Shown here: positions 30,445-40,462 of the stretch, piece after piece | Position numbering within the stretch: the stretch's first letter is position 1 | How the letters are laid out: each line of letters starts with the position of its first letter | NCBI GenBank assembly: GCA_964439265.1 | Contig: CAYTOA010000005.1 | Span: 9,865 to 73,864, forward strand | DNA from: an uncultured Chitinophagaceae bacterium | GTDB lineage: Bacteria; Bacteroidota; Ignavibacteria; UBA10030; UBA8401 | Reading direction: 5' to 3' | Length of the DNA stretch: 64,000 nucleotides | The notes under the pieces: model-generated | What the model was told of the DNA's origin: nothing | The model's database searches: none | What the model saw: only the letters and a program-made list of their open reading frames with translations | Position numbers and translations under genes: made by a program

Positions 30445-31857
30445 TTGGACAAGATTTCCATGATAGTTGCAGAGTCATTGCTCCAACAGATGAAGATATC
30501 GATCTCCGACGACGGCACGCGCGCCTTCGTGACCAATGACGATTTGAGCGAGGACGCTTCCCTTACGGAAGAGACCCTTACTCAAATCCTTGGGGAAAAG
30601 GGGATAGTGTTCGGGATCAAAGGCGGGCTAATGATCGCTCTGGTCGCTGCCGCAGCGCAGCGAGCCCCGGTTCTCGTTGCAGAAGGACTCGTCCCTGTTA
30701 CTGGGAAAGACGGCTGGATTGAATATCTTATTGATGTCAGGAGACTTGAACCGATGGAGGAGAAAGGGGGACGGGTTGACCTGCATAACCTTCACCGAAT
30801 ACACAATGTGAAAAAAGGAGAGAGACTTGCGATTATTCATCCTCCCGAAGCAGGAATTCCGGGGATGTCTGTAAAAGGAATGCCGATTGCCGCGAAGATT
30901 GGGAAAAGTGCGAAGTTCGTTCGGGGGGCATTCGTTGCACACGACCCGGATGATGCCGACGCCCTTGTCGCATCGGAAGACGGCAACCTTATCGTCAAAG
31001 CGGACGGAACTATCGAGGTTCAGCCGGTACTGACGATTCGTGGCGACATAGACTTTTCATCGGGCGACATTGATTTCATCGGCTCGCTTGTCGTTACCGG
31101 CGACGTCAAGAGTGATTTCACCGTAAAGGTTCAAAAGAACGTAGAAATACACGGGAATGTTGGTGACGCGACAATTGTCGCCGGCGGCAATGTTCTGATC
31201 AAAAATGGATTTCTTGGCCGCGGCAAAGGGTCGGTCGTTGCCAGCGGGAATGTGGCGATACAACATGTCCTCAATCAATCGATTACAAGCGACAAGAAAG
31301 TAACTATCGAGAGGGAAGCCGTCTGCGCAAAAATCACCGCTGGAGATGCGATTATTTCTCCTAAAGCAAGATTCGTTGGTTGTGTGCTGCGCGGGGGCAA
31401 TGAAATTGATGTACTGAATCTCGGCAACGGCGACGATACCCAGGCCATTGTTCGAGTAGGGCGGCGAGCCGAACTGCTTGAAAATTGTAAGGCGCTCACG
31501 GCAGACCTGGAGCAGTTGAATAAACGGTCTGCAGAAATTCGGGATTACGTCTACAAGCTTGTTCGCATGCAGCTCGACGCTCCGCTGACGGAAGAACAAA
31601 ACAATCTTCTTGAAAGACAGAAGACCCTTCAAGCCGAGATTCCGGCGGATGCCGGAAGACTTCAAAAGGAGAAATCTGAGATTGAGACCGCATTGCAAAC
31701 CACGGGTTCGGCGCGTCTCACGGTGCGGGGCACGGTATACGTCAACGTTCTGGTCGATATCAACGGAGTAAAGAAACTCATGCAAAATGCGCTGAAAGAG
31801 GTAGTGTTTACGGAAAAAAACGGGAAGATAGAAGAACAATCGGCGCCTATCTCCTGA
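30445..31857 (+). CDS. FapA/DUF342-family protein (flagellar-assembly protein A-like), beta-solenoid plus C-terminal coiled coil
   Basis: N-terminal ...ISISDDGTRAFV... and PVTGKDGWIEY. Central repeated G-x-V/I solenoid turns (HGNVGDATIVAGGNVLIKNG...GSVVASGNVAIQH...). C-terminal coiled coil. It is the first gene of the chemotaxis operon. Confidence 0.5.
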   Translation: MDKISMIVAESLLQQMKISISDDGTRAFVTNDDLSEDASLTEETLTQILGEKGIVFGIKGGLMIALVAAAAQRAPVLVAEGLVPVTGKDGWIEYLIDVRRLEPMEEKGGRVDLHNLHRIHNVKKGERLAIIHPPEAGIPGMSVKGMPIAAKIGKSAKFVRGAFVAHDPDDADALVASEDGNLIVKADGTIEVQPVLTIRGDIDFSSGDIDFIGSLVVTGDVKSDFTVKVQKNVEIHGNVGDATIVAGGNVLIKNGFLGRGKGSVVASGNVAIQHVLNQSITSDKKVTIEREAVCAKITAGDAIISPKARFVGCVLRGGNEIDVLNLGNGDDTQAIVRVGRRAELLENCKALTADLEQLNKRSAEIRDYVYKLVRMQLDAPLTEEQNNLLERQKTLQAEIPADAGRLQKEKSEIETALQTTGSARLTVRGTVYVNVLVDINGVKKLMQNALKEVVFTEKNGKIEEQSAPIS

Positions 31858-31884
31858 TCGAACAACAACGATTATATTAATTCA

Positions 31885-33336
31885 TTGAGATCAATGAAAA
31901 ATGAACTGCGAAATCAGCTTGCAGCCCTTCTTTCTGCCGATGACCCCGCGTTGCGGCGGCGGGCAGCGGAAGAACTGGCGGAAATAAAAGGCTTCACGCC
32001 GATTGCGGCCCTTGCCGCTGCTTTACGCGACGAGAATAAAGGCGTGCGCGATTCTGCGCTACGGTCTCTTTCTCGAATCGGCAGCGAGTACGTGGCGCGG
32101 GCTGCCGTTGAGTATATTGCCGATGAGAACATTGTCACGCGCAATCTTGCGGCCGAATTGCTCCTGAAGCTCAAGGAACACTCCGTCGGAGCGCTTCTTC
32201 CGTATCTCTACGATGTCAATCAAGATGTGCGCAAATTTGCCGTCGATATCCTTGGATTGATCGGGGATGAAAGTACGGTCGCTCACATCATTCCGCTTCT
32301 CGATGACCCTGATGAAAATGTGGTTGTTTCCGCCGCCGAGGCATTAGGAAACATCAGAAGTCCTCTTGCCGTCCCGCACCTCATCAGGGTATTTAAGCTG
32401 AATGACAATGCGAAAGCGATCGTTGCCGAAGCGTTGGGAAAAATTGGCGATGAGACCGGCGGCGATTTTCTTCTAAAATATTTTTCAGCTGTTGTCAGGA
32501 ACCAGCAGGCCGATAATCTCGTGCTGTACGCTGTCGTTGACTCGATCGGTCTCATCGGAACTGAAGTCGCGCTGCCGGTCATTCGCGAGAGCATTTTCTC
32601 GGTCAATGGCAGGGTGCGGCACGTCCTGCTCCATGCAATGATCAGGATTCTCGAGAGATACAATCTTTCGTTCAAAGAATTATGGGAGTTTCAAAGTGAT
32701 CTTATCGATGCGCTGCGTCGTGATAACGATGCGATCCGTTTGAGCGTCGCTAAAGTATTGGCAGGAATTGACGGAAATGAAATAACCGTTTCACTTATCA
32801 AAGCCGTCGGCGTCTCCGAGGAACTCGATGCAATCCTCCTTCCGATCCTCGGACGGCGGGAAGACACCTTCCAAACGATCGTCGGCCTGGCAGAGGCGCA
32901 CGAAATTGGGCCTTCAAAGGAGATCGTAGCCCTGATCGGGCGGGTGTCGTCGGGCATTGACTACCGCGCTCTTTCAAAAGAGTCCCTCGGCCAAATATTG
33001 AACCTGCTCCGGCGGTCGTTCACCTTTGTCACCGGCGGCTGGGGAGAAGGTTCGGAAGAGACCCGCGGTGCCATCATCGATACGATGCTCCATCTTGACG
33101 GCGACCGTGCGTTCGAGTATCTCGCGAAAGTGACCGATGAGCCTGATCCATGGCTCCGCATTCATGTGATCGAACTCGTTGCACCGCTGGAGAACATGGG
33201 AATTTGCGATTTCATCGCCCGGTTTCTCACGGACGAGGATGAGATGGTCCGCGAAGTCGCTGCAACGACCCTTGAATCCAGGGGATACAATCCACGCACC
33301 GAGTTATCCCCATCGGGGCAAGCTGACATTCACTAG
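31885..33336 (+). CDS. HEAT/PBS-lyase-type repeat protein
   Basis: Repeated ~30-aa units (...RRRAAEELAEI..., ...VRDSALRSLSRIG..., ...VRKFAVDILGLIGDE..., ...ENVVVSAAEALGNI...) typical of HEAT_2/PBS lyase repeats. Confidence 0.6.
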   Translation: MRSMKNELRNQLAALLSADDPALRRRAAEELAEIKGFTPIAALAAALRDENKGVRDSALRSLSRIGSEYVARAAVEYIADENIVTRNLAAELLLKLKEHSVGALLPYLYDVNQDVRKFAVDILGLIGDESTVAHIIPLLDDPDENVVVSAAEALGNIRSPLAVPHLIRVFKLNDNAKAIVAEALGKIGDETGGDFLLKYFSAVVRNQQADNLVLYAVVDSIGLIGTEVALPVIRESIFSVNGRVRHVLLHAMIRILERYNLSFKELWEFQSDLIDALRRDNDAIRLSVAKVLAGIDGNEITVSLIKAVGVSEELDAILLPILGRREDTFQTIVGLAEAHEIGPSKEIVALIGRVSSGIDYRALSKESLGQILNLLRRSFTFVTGGWGEGSEETRGAIIDTMLHLDGDRAFEYLAKVTDEPDPWLRIHVIELVAPLENMGICDFIARFLTDEDEMVREVAATTLESRGYNPRTELSPSGQADIH

Positions 33337-33345
33337 GAGATTGTT

Positions 33346-34227
33346 GTGACAGTACCTCTTATGGCGGTAACACACCTTCCGGGATTTGCTGCGGCTCCGA
33401 AAATGAGCGATGAAATGTTCCGTGCTACGCGCGATTTCATTTATCAGAACACGGGCATTTATTTCCAGGACAACAAGAAATATCTCCTGGAAGGCAGGCT
33501 CGGAAAACGTCTGCAAATATTGGAGATCGACGATTTTGGAACATATCTCCAGCTTGTTCGATTCGGCACCCAGAAGATTGCTGAGATGAAGTTTCTTTAC
33601 GATGCCGTGACGATCAACGAAACATTCTTCTTCCGTAACGAACCGCAATTTGAAGCATTCGAACGGACGCTTGTTCCCCAGCTGATCGCAGCTCGTGGAA
33701 CCAGCAGGACGAAACTGAGAGTATGGAGCGCGGCAAGCTCTTCAGGAGAAGAAGCGTATACGATCGCAATGATCTATCTTGAACGGCTGCGGGTGAAATA
33801 CCCCGGACTGGAGATAGAAATTGTCGGAACAGATATCAGCCCATCCGTTCTCGAGACCGCCCGCTCCGGAATTTACCGTGAATACTCCGTCCGTAATATG
33901 TCAAAGGCGTTTCTTGACAAATATTTCGACAATGTCGACGGTCGATTTCATATCGCAGATGAGGCGAAAAGACTCGCCCGATTTCAGCATCTCAACCTGT
34001 ACGACCGCCCAAGAATGCGCGGAATGGGCCGCTTCGATATAATTTTTTGTGCGAATGTTCTCATTTATTTCGACCAGGCGTCGAAGATCCAGGTTGTTTC
34101 GGATCTCTATGACAACCTCAATCCCGGCGGATCGCTTTTCATCGGTTACGCAGAATCGCTGCACGGCATTTCCTCGGCCTTCAAACTCGTCAATTTTCCT
34201 AAAACCGTGTCATACCAAAAGGAGTGA
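33346..34227 (+). CDS. cheR: Chemotaxis protein methyltransferase CheR (full length)
   Basis: N-terminal CheR_N helical region, then ETFFFRNEPQ, LRVWSAASSSGEEAYTIAM, GTDIS and IIFCANVLIYFD. Confidence 0.88.
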   Translation: MTVPLMAVTHLPGFAAAPKMSDEMFRATRDFIYQNTGIYFQDNKKYLLEGRLGKRLQILEIDDFGTYLQLVRFGTQKIAEMKFLYDAVTINETFFFRNEPQFEAFERTLVPQLIAARGTSRTKLRVWSAASSSGEEAYTIAMIYLERLRVKYPGLEIEIVGTDISPSVLETARSGIYREYSVRNMSKAFLDKYFDNVDGRFHIADEAKRLARFQHLNLYDRPRMRGMGRFDIIFCANVLIYFDQASKIQVVSDLYDNLNPGGSLFIGYAESLHGISSAFKLVNFPKTVSYQKE

Positions 34228-34234
34228 TACCGCT

Positions 34235-34609
34235 ATGGCCAAGGATGTGCTCATCGTCGATGATTCAGCAACGGTCAGAAAATTCGTATCGGTTTCCCTG
34301 AGTATGCAGGGTTTCAACGTCGTGACTGCATGCGACGGCATGGACGCGCTTGAAAAGATCTCAAAAGGGAAGTTCAACCTTGTGATTACCGACCTTAACA
34401 TGCCGACAATGGATGGCCTTGAATTCATTAAAGCGCTCCGTGAAAACTCGGAATTCCATGACCTGCCCGTCATCATTCTCACGTCGCTGACAGACCAGGC
34501 AACGAAGGAGCATGGAGCAAGGCTCGGCGTCGATTCGTACGTCGTGAAGCCGTTTAGTCTTGAAAAAATTCAATATGAAGTCTCAAAATATCTCAGTTGG
34601 ACAGAGTGA
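34235..34609 (+). CDS. cheY: Chemotaxis response regulator CheY
   Basis: Single REC domain (VLIVDDSATVRK...ITDLNMPTMDG...VVKPF), 124 aa. RBS aaaggag. The longer ORF from 34049 in the six-frame track is an upstream artefact. Confidence 0.85.
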   Translation: MAKDVLIVDDSATVRKFVSVSLSMQGFNVVTACDGMDALEKISKGKFNLVITDLNMPTMDGLEFIKALRENSEFHDLPVIILTSLTDQATKEHGARLGVDSYVVKPFSLEKIQYEVSKYLSWTE

Positions 34610-34671
34610 ACTCAACGGATGGAAAAAGACGCATCTAAGAGCCGCATACATGCACAAAAGGGAAAATAGCT

Positions 34672-35058
34672 ATGGCAAAGATTCTTGTTGTAGATGACTC
34701 ACTCACGATGCGCCGCATCGTTGTCAATGCTCTCAAAACACAAGGGTTCGACAACGTAATAGAAGCGAGCGACGGAAAAGACGCAGTTGCAAAGATCCTC
34801 AGCGAAGGGGCGCAATTCGTGATTACCGATTGGAACATGCCGGAGATGAACGGCCTCGAACTTGCAAAATGGCTTCGGTCAAATCCGCAATTCGAGAACA
34901 TTCCGATCCTCATGATCACAACCCGCGGAAATAAAGATGACGTGATTGAAGCGATGAAGGCCCGCGTCAATAATTATATCGTGAAGCCGTTCACGCCGCA
35001 AGGCCTGAAAGAAAAGATAGACCAAATCATGAAATCCGTAGAACTAAAGGCGGCGTAA
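34672..35058 (+). CDS. cheY: Chemotaxis response regulator CheY (second copy)
   Basis: REC domain ILVVDDSLTMRR...ITDWNMPEMNG...IVKPF, 128 aa. Confidence 0.88.
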   Translation: MAKILVVDDSLTMRRIVVNALKTQGFDNVIEASDGKDAVAKILSEGAQFVITDWNMPEMNGLELAKWLRSNPQFENIPILMITTRGNKDDVIEAMKARVNNYIVKPFTPQGLKEKIDQIMKSVELKAA

Positions 35059-35064
35059 TTCACG

Positions 35065-35904
35065 GTGTCATCGGTGCCATATCCCGTCTCCGTCGAAACC
35101 ATGGAGACCCTGAAGCACGATTCAGAATTACCACACGAACAAGGAGGAGCTCATTCGATGGACATGTCATTGATCCAATCATCCCAGATGGCTGCGGAGC
35201 AATTTCCGCGAGACAACAGTGCGGCTAGTCTCAAAGATTTTATTCATCTGCTGCATGAAATCGTTCCCCTGCTCGAAAACGTGCGGAATTCGATCGAAGA
35301 AAGCTCCCTTCGGATTCCAAAGGCCTCCAAGCAATTGTCAAAAGTGAATCAGGACACTGAGAACGCGACGGTCGAAATATTAAATGTTCTCGAGGCGATG
35401 ACAGCCCGGATTTCGGAAGCTGAGGTACACCTCAAGCGGTTGAAAGTCGTCACACAGAATTCGAAAGACTCCGCTAAAAAAATTGCAGAAAGGCTTTTCG
35501 CGAGTACGTCCGATGCCGGGGCCTATTCGTCCGCAGAGATCACGGCCCTTGTTGTGAATGAATTCGTCAGCGGCATTGACAGCAGCGAAGCGATTCCCGC
35601 CATCGAAGAAGTGTTGAGCAAGACCAAAGAAGATTCAATGAATATCGCAATGGCGCTGCAGGTGCAGGATATCGCAAGCCAGCAAATCGCCAGCGTCGCT
35701 CACACGATCGAATCGGTAGAGGTTCAGCTTGTCCGAGCACTGAATCGTTTTGAAAACGGGGGCGCGAGCGATATCGCAGACGATAATGCCAATGAAAAAC
35801 TCGAGAAGGAGCACGCCTTCGACGTCGACGCCCGTTATACACCGGCGGAAGAGCGTCAAGACGCTGCCGATGAGATCGTGAAACAGTTTTCCAATATTAA
35901 ATAA
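35065..35904 (+). CDS. CheZ-like CheY-P phosphatase (divergent)
   Basis: The C-terminal segment NIAMALQVQDIASQQIASVAHTIESVEVQL aligns with the E. coli CheZ catalytic helix [29 protein letters not shown], conserving the D-x3-Q catalytic pair. Lies between cheY and cheA. Confidence 0.5.
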   Translation: MSSVPYPVSVETMETLKHDSELPHEQGGAHSMDMSLIQSSQMAAEQFPRDNSAASLKDFIHLLHEIVPLLENVRNSIEESSLRIPKASKQLSKVNQDTENATVEILNVLEAMTARISEAEVHLKRLKVVTQNSKDSAKKIAERLFASTSDAGAYSSAEITALVVNEFVSGIDSSEAIPAIEEVLSKTKEDSMNIAMALQVQDIASQQIASVAHTIESVEVQLVRALNRFENGGASDIADDNANEKLEKEHAFDVDARYTPAEERQDAADEIVKQFSNIK

Positions 35905-35978
35905 GGGATGGAGCCGGCAGCTTGTGTTGCACACCGTCTCATCCACGCGAATGAATTACCATCACAAGAGTTGATTCA

Positions 35979-37811
35979 ATGGTTAATGATCAGTCACCAT
36001 CAGGACAAAATGGAACTTCAGTGGCATTCGACGGCGAAATGGCCGAGATCCTCGAAAGTTTCATCGTAGAGTCGAACGAAATTCTAGAAACGCTTGGACA
36101 AAACTTGCTTGCCCTCGAGAAGAATCCGGAGGATGTGGAACTGCACAACGTCATTTTTCGGGCAGTCCATACCATGAAAGGGACGTCGTCATTTCTCGGT
36201 TTCGACCAAACCACTGCTCTCGCCCATGTGTTCGAGGACGTTCTCAACAAGATCCGGCGGAGAGAACTAACGGTTTCGTCCGACAAGATGGATGTCATGT
36301 TTGAGGCTTTTGATCTTCTCAAAGAGCTCATGAGGCGTATTGAAACCCACAATAATGATCCGGTCGATCTTGCTGATATTCTTGCAAGGCTTAAAGCCAT
36401 CAGTGTCCCCGGAGGAGATGGCGAAACCCAAAAATCGGCGGGACCCAAACTTTCGGCGCCGCCCGCAACGGCACCGGTAGAAGAGATTCCGGACCCGGCA
36501 GGCTCGCTTCCAACGTCGGATCACGAAGAATTGCCGGCTCATGAACACGTAACTCAAGCCGCAGCGTCCCCCTTGCAGGCGAAATCGGCAGACTCCACAA
36601 TTCGCGTTGATGTCGTCCGCCTTGATGCACTGATGAACCTGGTTGGAGAATTGGTCCTTGGGAGAAACAGGCTGTCTCAGGTATCCCACCAGTTGAACGA
36701 AATGTATGACGGACAACAGCTTATGCACGAACTCGGAGAGACGAATTCGCACATCGATTTTATCACGACCGAGCTTCAAATGGCCGTTATGAAAACACGG
36801 ATGGTGCCGATCGCAAAAGTGTTCAATAAGCTCCCCCGGCTCATTCGAGAATTATCGAAGGAAATGGGAAAAGAAATCGAATTGAAGATGGTCGGCGAGG
36901 AAACAGAGCTAGACAAATCGTTGATCGAGGAACTGAACGACCCGTTGATCCACTTAATGCGCAATTCGGCAGATCACGGGGTCGAAACGCCAGCGGAGAG
37001 AATCGCCGCGGGAAAGGAATCGAAAGGGACAGTCATCGTTCGCGCAGAGCACGAAGGAAACCATATCGTCATTTCAGTTGAGGATGATGGACATGGAATG
37101 GACCCGGAAAAACTGAAGCGCAAGGCTCTCGAAAAGGGAATGATCACGGAATCGCAGGCCAAGGAGATGACAATAGCCGAAGCCTTTAACCTCATTTTCG
37201 CCCCGGGGTTTAGCACAGCCCAGAAAGTCACAAACGTTTCCGGACGTGGAGTGGGAATGGATGTTGTGAGAACGAATGTAGAGAAGCTGAAGGGGGCGAT
37301 CCAGATCCAATCGGAACTGAATCTCGGTACAAAAATTATTATCAAGCTTCCGTTAACGCTTGCGATCATCCAGGCCCTGCTCGTCGAGGCAAAGAAAGAA
37401 ATATTCAGCATACCGCTCGATGCCGTACGGGAGGTGGTCAGGATCAACCACAAGGAAATTTCTTCCATCAACGGCAAAGAAGTGATTCGGCTCCGCGACA
37501 CAGTACTTCCACTGACTCATCTATCCCGGGCTCTTGGTTCAGGAGGACAAGCAGAAAATATGGAGTGGATGTACATCGTCGTTGTCGGATTAGGCGAGAA
37601 GAATCTGGGCATCGTCGTTGATTCGCTTTTGGGACAGAAAGAGGTTGTTATCAAAACGATCGGAGAATATCTCGGGAATGTGAGGGGGATTGCAGGCTCC
37701 ACGATCCTGGGGGACGGAAGGGTTATCATGATCATCGACATCGGTGAATTGATGAAAATATGTTCCGAGCAGCCGGAATCGATGCGTTCGGAGAAACAGG
37801 TGCTTGTATGA
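35979..37811 (+). CDS. cheA: Chemotaxis histidine kinase CheA (P1-P3-P4-P5; P2 replaced by a Pro/Ala-rich linker)
   Basis: HPt motif HTMKGTSSFLGFD. Dimerisation and HATPase (GRGVGMDVV). C-terminal CheW-like domain. Confidence 0.92.
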   Translation: MVNDQSPSGQNGTSVAFDGEMAEILESFIVESNEILETLGQNLLALEKNPEDVELHNVIFRAVHTMKGTSSFLGFDQTTALAHVFEDVLNKIRRRELTVSSDKMDVMFEAFDLLKELMRRIETHNNDPVDLADILARLKAISVPGGDGETQKSAGPKLSAPPATAPVEEIPDPAGSLPTSDHEELPAHEHVTQAAASPLQAKSADSTIRVDVVRLDALMNLVGELVLGRNRLSQVSHQLNEMYDGQQLMHELGETNSHIDFITTELQMAVMKTRMVPIAKVFNKLPRLIRELSKEMGKEIELKMVGEETELDKSLIEELNDPLIHLMRNSADHGVETPAERIAAGKESKGTVIVRAEHEGNHIVISVEDDGHGMDPEKLKRKALEKGMITESQAKEMTIAEAFNLIFAPGFSTAQKVTNVSGRGVGMDVVRTNVEKLKGAIQIQSELNLGTKIIIKLPLTLAIIQALLVEAKKEIFSIPLDAVREVVRINHKEISSINGKEVIRLRDTVLPLTHLSRALGSGGQAENMEWMYIVVVGLGEKNLGIVVDSLLGQKEVVIKTIGEYLGNVRGIAGSTILGDGRVIMIIDIGELMKICSEQPESMRSEKQVLV

Positions 37812-38902
37812 GCGCGACCATCAATGTCGTGGTCGTCGACGATTCTGCGTTCATGAGAAAATCTCTTGCGATGCTGCTCGAATCGGATCCAGGGATCAAA
37901 GTCGTCGCAACGGCCCGGGATGGCAAAGATGGCATTGACAAAATCAGGGAATTTAAACCCGACCTGGTTACAATGGACATCGAAATGCCGGTGATGACCG
38001 GTCTCGAAGCGCTCGCCATCATCATGAAAGAGATGCCTCTTCCGGTTCTCATGGTCAGTTCATTGACAACCGAAGGTGCGCAATCTACCCTTGACGCTCT
38101 CGCTCTTGGAGCGATCGATTTTATTCCGAAAGAACTCTCATACGTCTCTCTCGATATCGTCAAAATCAAGGCAGAACTTGTATCGAAAGTAAAAGAAATT
38201 GTACGCAGCCGTTCGCTTGTCTTTCGACTGCAGCGAATTCGTACCGCAAATCAGCATATCAGGGGGCCCGTTGCGAATAAGTCCGCAGCAATTCGGAAAC
38301 CTTTTGTTCCCCCGAAGCACGGCGGTTTTAAAGCGGTGGTGCTCGGCATATCAACAGGAGGACCGTTTGCGCTGCTGGAAACGATACCAAAATTGCCCGA
38401 AAATTTTCCTGTAGGGATAGCCGTTGTGCAGCATATGCCCCCCCGCTTTACGAAATCACTAGCGGACAGACTTGACGGCTTGAGCCAGGTGCACGTGAAA
38501 GAAGCTGCTGACGGCGATTTCATGGAACCGGGAGTGGTACTCATCGCCCCCGGGGGGCAGCATATGACGTTTGTTCACTCGTCAATGAAAACTCGCGTAA
38601 GGATCTCAGACGAGCCAAGAAATACGTTGTATCATCCCTCTGCCGATATCATGATGTCGTCCGCAGCAGAGGCTATTAATGGTCCGCTGTTGGGGGTCAT
38701 CATGACCGGAATGGGAAGAGACGGACTGGAAGGATTGAAATTAATCAGGAAACGTCATGGCTATGTTATAGCTCAAGATGAAGAGTCGTGTGTCGTCTAC
38801 GGAATGCCGAAAGCTGCAGTTGACGAAGGAGTGGCAAATGCCGTAGTACCTCTGCGAGATATTCCTGAAACTATACTTAAAGTTATACAGGGAAATGACT
38901 AA
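37808..38902 (+). CDS. cheB: Chemotaxis methylesterase/deamidase CheB (REC + CheB_methylest)
   Basis: VVVVDDSAFMRK...DIEMPVMTG receiver. GISTGGP and GMGRDG motifs of the catalytic Ser-His-Asp domain. ATGA overlap with the cheA stop. Confidence 0.9.
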   Translation: MSATINVVVVDDSAFMRKSLAMLLESDPGIKVVATARDGKDGIDKIREFKPDLVTMDIEMPVMTGLEALAIIMKEMPLPVLMVSSLTTEGAQSTLDALALGAIDFIPKELSYVSLDIVKIKAELVSKVKEIVRSRSLVFRLQRIRTANQHIRGPVANKSAAIRKPFVPPKHGGFKAVVLGISTGGPFALLETIPKLPENFPVGIAVVQHMPPRFTKSLADRLDGLSQVHVKEAADGDFMEPGVVLIAPGGQHMTFVHSSMKTRVRISDEPRNTLYHPSADIMMSSAAEAINGPLLGVIMTGMGRDGLEGLKLIRKRHGYVIAQDEESCVVYGMPKAAVDEGVANAVVPLRDIPETILKVIQGND

Positions 38903-39171
38903 TGGAAAATAACAATGACCAGGGGCGGTCTGCTTTTATAGATTTTGCATCCTTCCAAAGTGTACAGGTGACGAAGCGGTCAAAGACGGGAAGCGTCCTG
39001 AAAGCCGATTCTGTGGACTTGGGGGCGACAAGGCAGATTGAAGTAGAGGCAACCGAGCCAGGCCAATCGGGGATTATCCTTCACCGGAACGGCGAAATTA
39101 TCGAGAGCGTCGAGATCGTCTGCGTATGTGGGAGACATTCCGAAGTAAGGTTGGAATATGATGGTGACTAG
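38902..39171 (+). CDS. Hypothetical small protein, last gene of the che operon
   Basis: 89-aa ORF translationally coupled to cheB (TAATG). No recognisable family. C-terminal VCVCGRH. Confidence 0.35.
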   Translation: MENNNDQGRSAFIDFASFQSVQVTKRSKTGSVLKADSVDLGATRQIEVEATEPGQSGIILHRNGEIIESVEIVCVCGRHSEVRLEYDGD

Positions 39172-39534
39172 TTGCCACCTGCTTCATATTGACCATCACC
39201 GTATATTACCTTTCCCCCTTCAAATATCCAATTCCGTCCATTCTTCATCTAATTCCCGGATAATTCTTTGGCATTCTTATTGTCGATTAATCCCGAAATG
39301 CAATCAGCGCAAAGTTCAGAGCGAATAATATGGATTCAGTTGGAATTACAAAAAAGGAGTTCGGGATGATCATCGGTGTATTCACCGCCATGATCGCCGT
39401 TGCCGCTCTTCTCGCCGGGAAAGAACGCATCCGGTCAAGCAATGCAATCCGTTACGATGGTTGGTACGACAGTCTTGGAGTCTAATTTTTCAACCATTAT
39501 TTGACACTCCCCACACCTTTGTGAAGGAACTTCA

Positions 39535-39963
39535 GTGAAACTCTTTGATACGACCAAAGTGCCGCTCCTCGGAAAAGCTTTGGATGTGTACACGCTCCGC
39601 CAAAAAGTTATTTCTTCCAACATTGCCAATATAACCACCATCGGATACCGGGCCAAGAGCGTCACTTTTGAAGACCAGATTGCCGGGTCGATGCAACAGG
39701 GCGCTGTTAACCAGGCTGTTACCGATCAAGGGCATATCGCCGGACCGTCGGGTGACGCCGCGCTCCCGGGCGCGCAGATCGTAGATGCGCCGACGGAAAA
39801 TACGCTTAACGGCGATTCCCTCGCGAGCGGTTTGAACAATGTCGACATCGACAGTGAAATGGCGAATCTCGCGAAAAATCAAATCCGATTCAAGTTTGCC
39901 GCGCGACTCCTCACTGCTACGTTTCGCGATATCCAGGACAGCATAAAAGGATCGCAGTCATGA
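39535..39963 (+). CDS. flgB: Flagellar basal-body rod protein FlgB
   Basis: SSNIANITTIGYRAK N-terminal rod motif and C-terminal ...ANLAKNQIRFKFAARLL. GTG start. Confidence 0.85.
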   Translation: MKLFDTTKVPLLGKALDVYTLRQKVISSNIANITTIGYRAKSVTFEDQIAGSMQQGAVNQAVTDQGHIAGPSGDAALPGAQIVDAPTENTLNGDSLASGLNNVDIDSEMANLAKNQIRFKFAARLLTATFRDIQDSIKGSQS

Positions 39964-40460
39964 AGATCGATAAATTCTTTGCCGGGTTCAATATCAGCGC
40001 GATGGGCCTTACCGCACAGCGCAAACGGATGAACGCGATCGCCAGCAACATGGCGAATGCAGAAACGACCAAGACCGAAGACGGCGGACCGTACAGACGG
40101 AAGATCGTCACAGTGAAGGCGGGGGCGCAACAGTCGTTTTCTTCCGCCATGAGTTCGATGAACGTAGAACTCGCAACCACAAACGAGCAGCATATGTCTG
40201 GATTCAGCGAATCGCCTGCCGCAGAAGCAACGACCACCGGAGGGAGCGTACAATCGACCGAAGTAACGGACAATTCTCCCTTCAAAATTATTTATGACCC
40301 GGGACATCCGGACGCGGACAAGAGCGGTTACGTAAAGATGCCGAATGTGAATATCGTAACGGAAATGGTTGATATGATCTCCGCTACACGGTCGTACGAA
40401 GCAAATGTTACAGCAATCGATGGAGCAAAAACGATGGCCAAAGACGCATTGGAGATTTGA
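39960..40460 (+). CDS. flgC: Flagellar basal-body rod protein FlgC
   Basis: GLTAQRKRMNAIASNMANAETTKT... and the C-terminal MVDMISATRSYEANV signature. Confidence 0.9.
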   Translation: MKIDKFFAGFNISAMGLTAQRKRMNAIASNMANAETTKTEDGGPYRRKIVTVKAGAQQSFSSAMSSMNVELATTNEQHMSGFSESPAAEATTTGGSVQSTEVTDNSPFKIIYDPGHPDADKSGYVKMPNVNIVTEMVDMISATRSYEANVTAIDGAKTMAKDALEI

Positions 40461-40462
40461 CG

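Noticed and set aside
34049-34234. N-terminal 62-aa extension of the first cheY ORF (Arg/Ser-rich)
   Set aside because: It overlaps the 3' end of cheR in another frame and has no RBS. The ATG at 34235 with aaaggag gives a canonical 124-aa CheY.
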